Shown: positions 51,101-64,000 of the stretch, piece after piece
Position numbering within the stretch: the stretch's first letter is position 1
Layout of the letters: each line of letters starts with the position of its first letter
From: Takakia lepidozioides
Lineage: Eukaryota; Plantae; Bryophyta
Direction of reading: 5' to 3'
Assembly: GCA_030704615.1 (NCBI GenBank)
Contig: CM060731.1
Location: 88,784,001-88,848,000 of the forward strand
DNA length: 64,000 nucleotides
Position numbers and translations under genes: made by a program
The notes under the pieces: model-generated
The model's input: only the letters and a program-made list of their open reading frames with translations
Told to the model about the DNA's origin: nothing
Databases searched by the model: none

Positions 51101-51958
51101 TGAGGTTGCAATGCCCTGTACAAATACGCGTATGACCTCAGATATTTCCTGGCAATTGCTAAGCTACTCCATAAGGACCTACTGGCACCCATGAGAAAAC
51201 CAAGAAAGGCAGTCGAGGCATCCTTCGCATGCCAAGAACCGCTGAGTGCTTGATGAATGTCCTGTGTCCAAAAAGTATTACCAGATATGCAATGAATTCA
51301 TCATTCTGCTTTCCACAGTCTGTGTGAAAGAAAAGTGGGATTCACAGGGCGCAAAGGGAAGTACCTCTGTCTGAAACTCTTTGTCACCTTGCTTCGAGTG
51401 ATGAGCCAAAACCTTCACAGCAAGAATTGTCCCAGACGGCTGCACAATGGCCTTGTACACCGGCCCAAATGCACCCTGTCCCAACATTGCTGTGAAATTG
51501 TGAGTTGCCTTGTGCAGCTCCCTGCCACCCGGATGAGCATCATTTAGCCTTGCACAAATTCATTGACATGGAATGATGGTGCAAAAGCAGGCCACTTACT
51601 TGTAAGTGAACTTGGTGACACCAGACGAGGCCGGAATGAGGTTGTGACCACCCCACCACGATCTCAACAAGCCACCAGGATGTGCATGCAGTGGATCGTG
51701 GGCAATCCCACTGTCAGACATGAGGGTGCTCGAGTTGACACCATTGACGCGGATTGGCAGAGCTAAAGCCCTGCGATCACCTCCACCCTTCTCAAGCCGG
51801 TTTCGCCGCACTCTGAAGCATAGAAGGATGCATCCAGCTAGAACCACTCCTATGAGCACCCCAATTGAAATGCCTACAATTACCCCCACGGGCAAGCCAT
51901 TGCTCTTGCTCGCTGCAGAAGTGGGGGGAGAGGACACAGATTTTGTGTCCGCTGCCAT
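48150..51958 (-). CDS. Calcium/calmodulin-regulated receptor-like kinase (CRLK1/2-like), multi-exon
   Basis: N-terminal [24 protein letters not shown] motif, [72 protein letters not shown]. Confidence 0.92.
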
Positions 51959-53317
51959 TCACTTCACCTGCCCAACACTGGCACACAATTTCTGAGAATG
52001 TCAGAAACCCTCCGGTAACCTCTATCTTCACTAACATCCTCGAGAAATCACTTCTCAGCAAATACGCTCTGATCAATGAAAAACTTGCCCAACACTACCA
52101 AAGCCAGTGGATTACAGCGAATATTGGAACGCAACGTGAAAATGAGGGCAGCTGCATTTGCCACTGGGCTCAATAAGTGGCTTCAACCCAACTTGATCCT
52201 TCCAATCAGCTTTCAGGTCAGGTCGCCCTAGCCAGGCACAGCAGCCTTCTCAACCTGCGCTACCAATTCTACAGCTTGATAGTCGCCATTCAATTGACAG
52301 GCCCACACTTACTATGAGTTTGAACTGCAGAAAGAATCCGGAAATGTTATCGATCGATCCGTTGAAGGGTTTTGAAAAACAGGCACTCCTCGTATGTATA
52401 AGTACTGGGTAGACACGCTATGAGACACAGCTCAACGTTAAACTCATAAGACAGAAATCCACAAAATGTTTTCGAATGCTACCCACTCAGCTCCACCGTC
52501 GCGTGCGCTTCATGCTGCCTTCCACCTTCACTCTACAAATCCACCACTCACCCGCCCTTCAACGCCAAACTTTCCCCTAGATCTTCATCCTCATTCCCGT
52601 ACTCGGCGCACGATTATCACACCTTCACGGATCTGAAAAAAATGAACCCCGGGTCATAGAGGCCCCGTCCTCCACAATTCACAAACTGTTCCCTCTTCCC
52701 CGGCAATTTCCTCACAACCCACCACACCTCGCTGCAGCTGCTGCCTGCCTGGGTCAAGGGCTCCTAGAGACCGGCTTTAGCCAGGCGCGTGGTACTACTT
52801 AGACACGCACAACCAAACAGCCAGTCAAACACAAACTTTGGTCCAAATTACATACAGTAAGCATGTATTCTGAATCACAAGTGTTCTTCTTCTTCCTAGT
52901 CCTCCTAACCCAAGAAAAAAAGGGGAAACTTGGGAATGGCTTGGCTTCTTGGATATTAAGTGGGTCTGTGGGGGATGTCGCTATGAAGACACAAATGGGG
53001 CTCAAAAGTCCACAATAGTGCAATATGAGGGTGGGCCATGGCTGTAATCCATATCTCAAAGTGGTGAGCCTTACATTGGATTTCTCCAAAAACATAAATA
53101 TTGATATATCTTATTGGTTAGTATGCTGACACATGATGATATTGGTTATTTCTGTTGGAGTGTGATGTTTGGGTTCTTATATATTTGGAAGGCCAGATAC
53201 TCATGGCCTTGGATTGTTTTAGCCGCAAAAAGTAAGCATAACTTCCATTGGCTTGACCTTATGTGGTTTTTTTGGGGGGTGGGAAGGGGGGGTGTGTGTG
53301 TGTCCTTACATCCCATA

Positions 53318-53769
53318 ATTATTTTTATTTTTTTCTGCACAAGTGAAGGCAAGTTTACTTCACTGCGAAGAAAACTACAAAGCAACCCCTAGCCAGGAGA
53401 TAAAGGGGCTTCACCCCAAGCCCAGCAGGGGCGTGGAGATCAAACTAATGAAATTGACCCATTCTAGGTCTCTGATAGGACCACGTATCATGTCTACCAG
53501 CCCTGTAAAATAGCAGATGTTGTAACCCCCAAAGCTTGTCAAAATGAGAGAGGATGTCTTGTTCAGCCATCAGGAAGTCATCTGCTGTTTTGATAGCCTC
53601 TTTCCATGTCATCTTGGCATAGTCAAGGAGGGCTTCCCAGACAAGCTGCTGCAGCTTCTCCTACTGCCACTTGACCTTATTGAAGACGAGATCATTTCTC
53701 TCAATCCACACAAGCCAAAGGATTATGCCTCTCAACAGTGACCAGATTGGACCAAAGAACCGGAGGCTT
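53318..53769 (-). mobile_element. LINE ORF2 C-terminus, 3' UTR and A-rich tail
   Basis: Manual translation IWSLLRGIILWLVWIERNDLVFN.VKWQ*...FDKLWG...; stop at ~53445; A-rich tail at ~53320-53335. Confidence 0.75.
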
Positions 53770-53889
53770 GGTAGAGTACATGAGGATGGTTTGGGCAGCA
53801 GACTGCCATGTCTGGCCAAGTCTGTTGATGCAGGATTCTGTTGTTGGACTTACTCTGGACGGCAGAGTACCTCATGAGTATGCCATTGG

Positions 53890-54350
53890 CCAGCAGACTG
53901 CTCAGCTCTGAGTCTGCTCAGTCCCTCAGTCTGGCCAAGGCCGAGTGAACTCGTGCAGCACAGTCTGCTGAGTGTGACTGGACAGCAGGCCGGCGAGAAG
54001 GCCTTTTGTGCGAGGCTGCTTAGTATGTTGGGATGTCCTCAGTCTACCCAGTCTGCTCGGTTTGCTGAGTCCACTCAATGTATTCAGTCTGATGCTTAGT
54101 CTGCTCAGGCAGACTGGACAGGGGACTGATGAGAAGACACGTGCAATTGATGAGTCTGCTGAGTTTTGATGAGTCTGCGCACTAGTCTCAATGGTTGTTT
54201 GTTGTCTGCAGTGTCTTTTGAGTCTGGTCAATCTGCTAAGTCTGCTAAGTCTGTTCAGTCTACTATGTTGTTTAGTCTGCTAAGTCTGATCAGTCTGCTC
54301 AGTCTGCTCAGTCTGCTCAGTGGACTCAATCTTTTCAGTCTGCTTACATA
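53890..54350. repeat. Degenerate CAGTCTGCT repeat array
   Basis: Many agtctgct(c/a) units, perfect 9-mers around 54290-54320. Confidence 0.8.
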
Positions 54351-55429
54351 GTGGAGAAACATAGTGGCTTGGCGTCACGTGCCAGCAGACTGCCGCACTT
54401 TTATTTCATCAAGGAGAATGATAGCATAGCAATTCCTAACCTATACTCTCTACTTTGCGACAGATATACGGCCTGAAACCCTGCGGATTGTCGAGTATAT
54501 ATATGTGTTGCTGGTGTAGGGGCAGACACCCTTTTGTTGGGTATCCGGAGCACTCTAGGTCGCGATTTCCAGGCTTCCACCAAGTCCCTTTTCCTTTTCA
54601 GGGACATGTTGTTATTGTCATTTACAGGACGGAAACGCTTTGCTGCTGCAGGGTGCAACATTCCAGCAGCACATTTGGCCAGGATATCAACAAGCTGGCC
54701 TCTACAGATACGAAGAGAGGACAAGACATAGGCCTCCAAGTATTTGTCATCACCAACAATACGAAGGTATGTCTGCGAATTCTTCGTACATGGAGGTTGG
54801 GACGTCGACAGGGCACTCGCCATCATTTCCCAATTCCACATTGCCGCCACTAACCAACAGCAAAGTCTGTAATCCGCCATGGATGGTTCCCAATGTCGTG
54901 CCACAAGCTCGGACTATGAGGCCATCCGGCAGTTGTGGGTGAAGCAACTTCAGAACTCGGACTTGATGCTTGCATAAATTCCCCTTCATTGCCCACGGGC
55001 ACGTGCAACAAGCCCAATCGCAAACCGGATTGTAGACAATGTATGTTGTGTCGGGGTGATTGGTGCTGAGAACATACGATGGCTGTCCCGGGCTTACTGG
55101 AAGCGCGACATTGCATGTCGGAATGTCGCGGGCAGCAAGCACAGAACTGGAGACGTACTTTTCCTACTTGTCATTTCTTATGAACTCGTGCGTCTTCAAA
55201 TGGATTGCGTACCAGTAGTGTATCAGCACACGTCCAGTGAGTTCCCATATGAGCGAGTCCACTCCCATATCCTTCAACAACTTTCCTGCGGTGACAGGGT
55301 CCTTCGTTTTCTTGCATGATTGCTTTACCCAAGCCTTGCGGACGTGCCAAAGGCATAGGAAAATGAGTACTCCTTGAAAAACAGTTATGCACAATATATA
55401 TGTCCACATGAGTATATTGAATGTGGACC

Positions 55430-55990
55430 AGCGGACTTCATATAGCAGACTGGGCCAGTGGACTGTCACAGCGCACAGTCTGAGTGGACAGTCCCAGTGG
55501 ACTGTATTGGTGGGGGGGCATAGTGGACTGTGTTGGTCGACGACATTACCGGGACAGACTTAGCAGACTCGGCCAATGGACTATCTCAGCGGACTGCTTC
55601 CCACCGGACGAGCACAGTGGGCTTGCATTGGTGGACTGCATGACTGGACCGTCTCAGTGGACTTCAACCCGGCGGAATGACCCAGTGGTCTCCTCCGTTT
55701 CAGTGGACTGTGTGAACGGACATGTTGCGATCCAGCAGACTGACCCAGTGGACTGTCTGAACGGACTTGCTGCGATCCAGCGGACTGACCCAATGGACTG
55801 ACTCAGTGGACTCCTCCATCTCAGTGGACTGTGTGAACAGACATGCTGCGATCCAGCGGACTAACCCAGTGGACTGTCTGAAACGGACTTGCTGCGATCC
55901 AGCGGACTGATTCAGTGCACTGACTTAGTGGACTGACCCAGTGGACTGTCTCAGTGGACTCCTCTATCTTAGTCAGTCAACCCAGTGGGA
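55430..55990. repeat. Degenerate CAGTGGACTG repeat array inside a MULE intron
   Basis: Numerous cagtggactg / cagcggactg units with higher-order ~45-bp duplications (gcgatccagcggactgaccc). Confidence 0.85.
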
Positions 55991-58900
55991 TGCGGCATCT
56001 GATATAGGGATCATGTGTGGCGCTTACCGAATAGCGTTAATTTATGCATCGGCATCGTCCACAATGAAAGCATTGGGTCGCCAGTTCGGCATTTCTGCGA
56101 GGAGTGAATTGCGCAAGGCTGTCATCCACGGCACCAGGTCGGTTTACCGATTCCTCGCCGATATGATATAGGCAACTGGTATACCGGTCAACCACTCGTC
56201 GAATACCATCAACGTGTACAATGGAAACTGTTCAAATGGACAATGTCAGATGGTCACAGGATACAAAGAACGCCAATTGCTGGACTTCAAGACTTCATAA
56301 GAGGCAGGAGGTCTGCTGCGGTACAAAGAGGGTCTGCCCCTCGGTCTTCTGGGGAGTACGCATGAAAATATACACAGAAGGTCAGCGCAGGCACGCCCAA
56401 TGAATACCTGAGTTACACTATATGGTACTATGCTATCAGTTCCCACAAGTCCATGGAATCAAATGAGAGCACCTTGTGATGATTAGTCCCAAAGGTTGCA
56501 TTGCATGCAACAATACGGGCATTTCCTAATTCCAGCATTCTCCGCTTCTGCCACTCAGTCTGCACGCCGATAGTGAAGGTCAAGTCTCTGTCGAAATGTT
56601 GGAATGTTGGCGCCAACTTCTCCTCTTGATAGAAGAAGACTGACTTCGGATTTTGGTCCTTCCACATGCGGACACTTTCAGCATCGTCTTGACATGCTTT
56701 TTGAAGGTTTGCCAGGCCCGTTTCTCCTAGAGGTTGCGGACATCTTGCTCCAAGAGGAAATCATCACGTGTTCATGCATCTCCCAACCCGGTGTTGTTCA
56801 TGACGTGTTCTTTATGCTCCATCATGACTTGGGCAACCGACAGGCCTCGGCACAAACACTCCATGACCCAAGCTTTCAATTCCTCGCTAATGTGTGGGGC
56901 GTAGGCGTGGTGGGTGTTCTAGAACTCAGCCGACTTCCTATGTGAGGCTTTGCCTTGTGCATCTTTATGTTCCATGTTGTTGTAGTACGTCAGCACACAA
57001 ATGTCTGGGCCGAGATAGCATTGCTGGACCTTGAAGAAACACGGGCAACCTCGCTTGCAGTACGACTCTACATACTCCGACTTCTTTCTCCTCGGGCCTT
57101 TATGTGGGTTAGATGTTCCAGCACCCACATCCGGTCCTCCACGCTTTTGTTTTGGGTCCTGGACGATTGCATTGTTCGTGCGCTTGTCATCGGGTCCATA
57201 GCAGCACTGATACCTGGACATAAAATCAAAAATTGATATCCATGGACTCGTGGAAGCATGAAATCACAATAGGTGAGAAACAGAAATAAAAAAGACAAGC
57301 AATGGCACTACAGAAGGACTGTGAGGATGGTGCACACATGATACTAGTCAGAAATGTGTTGGCTCTGGGCGCTGTTCGCGTGCCGGGCTCCACTTTAGAA
57401 TGGACGTTCACCCAAAACTGAGTGGGACACTCCTCCAAACTCTCCACTCCAAGGACAAAGTCCGCAACTCTATCCCCAAGGTATGCAGGCCTTTTGAACA
57501 TTCACTCGCACACCCATAAACCCATTTTGTGCCTCACTCTTCCAATGGAGGTCCTTGTGGTTGAAAGGTCCAGGTTTTGGTGTTTGCAAACATTGCCGAA
57601 GAGGTCATATAAGGGGACTTTCAGTTTTTAGTATGTCCTCGCCTTTTGCTTCTACATCCATGCCTTGTACAATGCAGAGGACACGCTTCAGAAGCTGCAA
57701 GGAACGCGGCGCAGTATAGGGCAAGATGGACAGCGTGCAATCTGCAACAATGTACACGTTCGCGACTGCTAGCAAGTGGTAGGCGGCAGGGATAATGGAG
57801 GGTTCGGATGCATTTAGGAATGGACGGTCCAGACCCTGCGGACTGGCGGCCTGGACGGGCAGACTGGCGTGCAGTAGCGGACTGGCTGGCGGACTGGCGG
57901 GCAGTGGACGGGAGCAGCGGACGGGCTGAGGGGACTCGCTGCGGCGGGCCGGGGCGTGGGCCGGGGTGCCACGGGCGCGTCTGGAGGGCCGCGGGTGGTG
58001 CAGCCACGGGGCCACCTGCGCAGATGGGCGACCGTACGCAGCGGCGGGGTGGGGGGCGCCCGGCGTCCGTGCGCCTGCGCTCGCGCGTGCACATTGAAAT
58101 CGCTATTATCATAAAATGAGAGGCGAATAGTATTTAGTCAATCACACGGATGTTCTTCTTCTTCTTTTTGGCTTGAGATTTAGTACAGTAATACACCCAA
58201 GATGGTTTGAAGGGGATAGACTTGGTGATGGCATTAGGGAAGAAAACTTGGGAATTTGGGGTTTTTTGAATGAAGCTGTGACAGGGCCTGGTTCAGAATC
58301 AAGTGTCTCTGCATTGTGAGGGTTTGGAGTGCATTTTTGTGATGGCATGAAGTAGAATTTGCTTGGAATAGTTGCTGCAATGACACAATGCCACAGTCAT
58401 GGTTGTTGCAATTGCTTGTTATTTGTTTAGTTCTTGCAAAAAAGGTTGAACAATATCAATTTAGTACACCAATTAGAGGAACCGATAGGCATGTCTTCGC
58501 GTTTGAAGAGGATACAGCTTTGTTCGACTCCCATCTAGCGGGACTGCAGCAATTGCCACCACAAGAAGGGGAAGAGGTGGAGGAGGAGGTAGAGGAGGAG
58601 CAGGAAGGGGAGGAAGACAACGACAAGGAGGAGCAGGAGGAGGAGCTTCTCGAAATGCCTGTATTCTAGTGAGTTGCATCATCGTAAGTGCATTGGTTTC
58701 AGCTGTAGGCACGTCCATGATTCTGCATTGTAAACCCTGCAGCTTGTTGACGTGTGCCATGTTGTAGCATTTCAGACTCGTCTGATGAGGAGATGGTTGA
58801 TGAGACAGAGACGCAGCTACAGAGGCCATTCCTTGCCCGAAAATTGTTTCTTGCCAGTCCTGAGAAGCCTGCATTTGAACTCCCATCGTATGCAGACAGG

Positions 58901-59463
58901 GCTGCTAGAGAATCCATCAGGAGGGCGGAAAGGCCTAATCCGGTCGAGCAGATGTTGGCTAAGACGAAAGAGAGAATTCAGTGCAAGAAGGAGGCCAATT
59001 TGGGAATGGTGAAGGCCAGAGTTTGTAGGTATATCGTCGTGTCCGCTTCTGAAAGTGAGGGGGAGGAGGACGACAAGAGGGGACCGAGGTGGATGGTTCC
59101 AATTGGGGAGGATGGTGTATTTGAGGGGAGGGCTGGTGAGAGTTGTGAGGGTAGCAGTGCGGGAGGGTCGGATGTAGGTGAAGGACAGGCAAAAGGAGTC
59201 CTTCAGTAAGATGTTAGTATGGAGAGTGACTGTGGATCCTCGCCATAGAGAAGGGTGTGTTGTAGCATTCCGACCAAACAGTAGTTGTTCCCATGATGAA
59301 TAAAAAATGCCGAAATTTTTGAAATTTCTATTCAGCTTGTCAATGCCAAATTCATAGCCTCTCTTCAATCATTGTGCATGTTTATGTATTTGTGGGAAAA
59401 AGCAAGTTGTGCTTCCCCATTGCTTGTAGTTCTTATATTCAGCAGAAAACGCCAGAACAATAG

Positions 59464-59810
59464 CATACTAGAATTTGTTGCTCGTAGTAGGCACCGTTGG
59501 TAATGATATAAAGTTGCCGCAATAGTCCCGTGTTAGAATGCACTTTAGAAAGTAAGATGAGCACAAACGATACACGGTGCCGCAATAACCCGGCCACAAG
59601 CCAAGAGTACGAGAGCAAATTTTCGGGAGGTGTCTCGTGGTGTTGCGGGGCCGCAATAGGCCGGTCAAAAGTCATTCCTATGAAAACATTTTTTTGGGCA
59701 GGTGGTAAGACCTATTGCGGTGCCGCAATAGGCCGTTCACAGGCCATTCGCATGTCCACAAATGAAGGGGAAGGTGGGTGCTGGTATTACGTTGCCGCAA
59801 TAGGCCCTTT
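59464..59810. repeat. GCCGCAATA subterminal-type repeats upstream of the CACTA transposase
   Basis: Five GCCGCAATA copies (~59516, 59579, 59650, 59722, 59794), one palindromic tattgcggtgccgcaata; possible degenerate terminus catactagaa at ~59464. Confidence 0.55.
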
Positions 59811-60369
59811 GGAGCACGACCATGCAGCAAACAATGATGCCTCTGTATGCAAAGTGATCCAAAAAAACGGCCATGGTGTCGGTCATGTGTGATATCACAG
59901 TGCTACAACCACTTGGCTTAAACCTATGAATAATTTGAATGAACAGACGGTCAAACTCAATGGCATATCATCCATTCACATTCATCTATTTTATCTACAA
60001 TGACAGGGACGACTGTGAAAAGCATTCACCTTCATCTAGAGTCGTTCCGGCGATTATTGGTGGCAAGCTCGCGTTGGTCAACCATCATTGACCACCCTTC
60101 CGTCTAGTGCGGAGCCATGCAGTCATGACTACGTCTACTAAAGTAGTCGCCCAGAGGTCGACGTAGTCACGTAGTCATTTCAACGAAGTTACGTAAAGCC
60201 CAAGTTTGGTCCAAAAATACAGGGAAGTCATGGTCAAAGTCAGGAAAACCATGACTACCGCGGCTTGGCAGTCATATATATTGCGATCTGTTTGAAGATG
60301 ACATACCAAACAAATTTGACCCGAATCATCTCGAATTTCGAGAGGCTCTGGAAACTCCACTGTATGAAG

Positions 60370-61530
60370 GTTCGTCCAAGAACGGCCTCTAAGCTACTTT
60401 GTTACTACTAAATGCTTGTTGGACACATGTTGTCTCGGCTGCATTTACTAATGAGTTGCTAAGCCTTTTGAAGAGAAGCATTTTGCCTGCAAACAACACG
60501 TTGCGAGCCACAGAATATGAGGCCTTAAAAATGATCCACCAACTAGGCCTAAGCTACAATGTCATCCATGCATGTCGCAAATGGGTCTGTATTGTTTCAG
60601 GGTGCACTTCACGAATTAGATAGATGCCCCCAATGCAATCAAGACATGTACATGGACATGGGCAGAAGAAAAATTCTTGTCAAGGTACTGAGGCACTTCC
60701 CGTTATTTCCAAGATTGAGGCGTATGTATAGTTGCAAATCCATAGCTGATCTTATGACTTGGCATGCACGTAATGTGAGTGGTGATGGTCTTGCACGACA
60801 CGCGGTGGACTCTAAGCGATGGAAAGCTATAGATTCCATGTGGCCATCACTCACAGCTGAAACACGGAATGTGAGGCTAGGAATGGCGTTAGATGGTGTC
60901 AATCCATTTTCTGATAAGAGGTCTACTTGGTCGACCTGACCAGTACAATGCTCTTTAATTATGACCTTCCTCCTTGGCTAACCACCAAAAGGTTTTTCAT
61001 CATGCTAGCTAGCTCTTATCATTCCTGGCCCAGAGAGTGTGCGCAATTCCAACATAGATGTTTACATGCAACCTTTAATATATGAGATACACAAACTATG
61101 GGAAGAGGTACATGCACTAGATGCAACAAAGGTGAGTGGAAACCAAGATTTTACTATGAGGGCAATCCTCATGTGGACAATCAATGACTTTCCAGCATAC
61201 GGGTTGATTGTTGGATGTGCTACTAAGGGCTATAAGGCATGCCCAGCATGTGGGCCTTCATGTGACTCCCGCTACTCCCCTCAATTGCAAAAGAACCTTT
61301 TTATGGGGCATCGGCGTTACTTGCCACACAACCATCCCTACAGGACTGTACAAAAGGCTGCATTGATGGACGAGCCGAGGAATGAGGCCCTCCTAACGTT
61401 GTTACTGTAGGGCAAGTCTTGGAGAGGGCTGTAGAGTATGCCGCATACATCAGTGTAGGTGGTAGACCATCGAAAGTACATGCCATCAAAAGGCTATCAT
61501 GTCTATGGCAACTCCCATATTGGAAAGTGA
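60370..61530 (+). mobile_element. CACTA/En-Spm transposase (Transposase_21/TnpD-like), frameshifted
   Basis: IHAC, KVLRHFPLFPRL, MTWH, RNVRLGMALDGVNPF, LPPWL, IIPGP, IDVYMQPL, WTINDFPAYG, KGYKACPAC, MGHRRYLP. Confidence 0.92.
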
Positions 61531-61699
61531 GCCCATTGTTGTATGTAAGGCCATTTAAGAAACATGCTCATACTTGGCTGGTTTCCACCTGTTACTTCCT
61601 CAAACAAAGCCTCAGGGATGTTAACAGACATGGATCGAAAGCATGACGGACACCCCTGGTGTGTGACGAAGACCAGTAGCACGAAATTGCTAATGGTGT

Positions 61700-63400
61700 T
61701 TGTGTACGATACGTCCTCTGTGCGGGGAAGCTGAGGTGCCTCAATCCCGCCTGCTTCCACTTTCTCTCCAAAAGAGGGCAGAGAAACGAGACGGATTGGA
61801 CTGGCACAACGCATCATCCATTCATTGTCTCCAGCCAAGCTCCTGCGGGAACTTTCAAGTGCGCACATTGCAAAGAACCACCGACGTGCATGTCCATGTG
61901 CAGAGCCAAGCAATATTACGTTATCCATTTGCTCCCGGACTTGACTAGAGCTTGCATACATGTTGGGGTCCACTGCCACCCCTTGGCAAGAGGCAACATG
62001 CGTGAGGCTGTGCAGGAAGCACACGACATCATAAAAGAGGAGGTGAAATTGAGCCCCAGAGCCAGACCAAAGTTGATTCAGCTGAAGGCAGCCCACAAGA
62101 TTGCTCTTGGCAAAATCGTGTCTGAAGATGGTTCAGACCGGGTGCCCTTGAACAAAGAGGAGATGCTTGACCTGTTGGAGTCCGTCTCGCATGTTTGTAG
62201 TCCGAATGTGCGGAATCACATCGTATCTTGCAAGCAGGAGTTCGGCCGGGGGTGAAACCTCCACATGAAACACCCCAATTCCGGATGACTGGATATGACT
62301 ACATCCAAGGTAGCAGGTTTCCAGGCAAGGAACGAATCCGATCGTTGTTACATTTTTAAAATGTTGACGTGTGGGCCTGGGAGTGGGAGTCGACTTGGTC
62401 ACTCGCATGAACTGGAAACTTGTCGAATGCTTGGGTGATGTTTGATCACATCAAGCGAATTACAAACCATCAATGGGTGACTATGGGTGCGCATGTTTAT
62501 GACTATCACTCCAAGAGGCTCATGACGATTGCAATCTGCGAGATGAAAGGGGAGGACACACAGTCGGAGATGCATTGTGGGGGCATAAACGAGCAGATGG
62601 CAAGGGCGGGATTGCCAGAGCCCAATTTCAGGGGATTCATGGCAAACAACGCTCAGGCCAACTAGCGGCAGCGGTGCGGCGTGTGTACGGTGAGGACCCC
62701 AATGTTCCAATGGAGGGGAAAGAGAGATCCTGTGGATTCCATGGATGCAGAGTCTATCTCACTACACTACAAATTGTTGCTAGCTCATTCCAGGCTGAAA
62801 CCGTGTCCTTTGTACGGCGTGGAAGGATGCACCCACATTTGATGATGCGGAGGTTAGGTTTGCTATCATCGATGCTTGGTGGAACACGTCAAGTGCAGTG
62901 GAGACAACCAATCTGGGAGCCTTGCACAGCTGGTTGGGGTGGTGGCATTTCCGGTATCAACAGTTCGGACAGTACATGCGGGAGGATGATGCTGTCATTT
63001 TCGTGCAATGTCTTTCTATTACGGACCTTTCCATTGGTTCCTCACCATCGTTTGTGTCCTTGTAGGAGGTGCTTGGATTCAACATGGACATGCCGAACAC
63101 GAATATGGCAAAATCGTGCACTCCTCCTGGCGAGCGTCTTCTGCCGCACATCTGTGGACGTAGTGACGGCCACAACGGAGGACATCGACAGAGCGATCAT
63201 GCAGCAAGCCACGTACTACAAGTTCCTGATCGGGAAATAATGGGGCTTTGGGCCGGACAAGGGGGAATTGTTGGTACGAACAGCTTCGAGGTCGAAGAAT
63301 CCACTGAAATGGGCGACAACATTGCGAGAGAAGATCAAAGGGACACCTCTGCACCGCAGAGGTGAGCACCTAGAGGGGACGTCCGTACTCGCCCTGTGAG
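61700..63400 (+). mobile_element. Second Mutator-like DDE transposase relic with Cys/His-rich N-terminal domain
   Basis: CAGKLRCLNPAC...RACIHVGVHCHP; WVMFDHIKR..WVTMGAHVYD; FRGFMANNAQAN; ERSCGFH (CxxH); MPNTNMAKS (NxxE position degenerate). Multiple frameshifts. Confidence 0.6.
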
Positions 63401-64000
63401 GCGGAGGATTGAAGAGGAACCCGGGTGCGAAGAGGATTCCTGGAGATCCGACAGGAACATTCGGACAGCACCTCGAGGGGCCCGTCATGTTGCCGCACAA
63501 TGTGTCTTCCAGCAGTGGAAGCCCAAGAAATTCCAGATCGCCATCGCCTTCAAGCGGGGATTCCGTGCGAGAATTCCCACCGCTCGCTTGCCCCAGATTC
63601 CGCCCGCTGTTATGCAGTATGGCCAAGCCATTGTGGAGACGACTATGTCTGCGTCACAGTGGAGAATTGCTCGCTCAAAGCCGTCATTTCGAGGCAAGTA
63701 TTCCGCAATTCGAGTGGATACACGGCAACGTTGTTTAGAGATGATAAGGAGGAATCCAGATGGTGCTGTCCCTGCTCCTACTTTTACAGGAAGATTTGTC
63801 CATGCAAAGTTTGCGGAAACGACAAACACCCTGTTCTGGTTCTGCAGGCACGACATTATGACTTGCGTGTATGGAAAGCCCAAGTACGGCATACAAACAA
63901 TGCCAGAGGCTCCCCCGGTGTGGCCGGTGGAACCAGGCTGCGATCTGAGTCAGGTTGAGGCCGACGCCCTTACCGCCGCAGGATTTCGGATGGTGCAGCG

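Larger units (their letters stand above)
53770..58110 (-). mobile_element. Mutator-like (MULE) transposon with intron-containing DDE/SWIM transposase, degenerate
   Basis: KRGCPCFF...H (Zn finger), IGVQTEWQ...NATFGTN, YTLMVFDE...GIPVAY, FIVDDADA*, FLCLWHVRKAW, SWIM CCTCPWAMKGNLCKH. Element ends approximate. Confidence 0.82.

Noticed and set aside
55430-55990. Regularly spaced repeats resembling a CRISPR array
   Set aside because: Eukaryotic intron, degenerate short units, non-unique spacers and no cas genes.
58388-59209. Acidic low-complexity ORFs between the MULE and CACTA elements
   Set aside because: No recognisable domain; probably TE accessory sequence and cannot be assigned.

Overview
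Eukaryotic nuclear DNA from a land plant with compact, intron-containing genes. Gene density, PLS-PPR/DYW relics and TE types suggest a non-seed plant such as a hornwort or other bryophyte (inference only). The layout is a gene-rich core (~11-52 kb) between two TE/pseudogene-rich flanks. Core genes: MIX17/CHCHD2-like, an unknown plastid-type protein, a PQ-loop transporter, TGD5 head-to-head with a DPH4-like J-protein, a receptor-like kinase, an At1g10910/EMB3103-like P-class PPR, an SHH-type SAWADEE-homeodomain gene and a CRLK1-like kinase. Left flank: a degenerate PPR-DYW locus interleaved with OSB-type PDF-motif exons (with an inverted paralogous relic at ~9.4-10.6 kb), a gag/protease retrotransposon relic carrying a DNMT3-like methyltransferase N-terminus, a LINE fragment and a CACTA end. 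Right flank: a LINE 3' end, a MULE-SWIM transposon, a CACTA transposase and a second Mutator-like transposase. The most notable finding is an apparently intact 7-exon, 560-aa receptor kinase whose whole ectodomain is a lipid-transfer-protein-like eight-cysteine domain (LTP-RLK).
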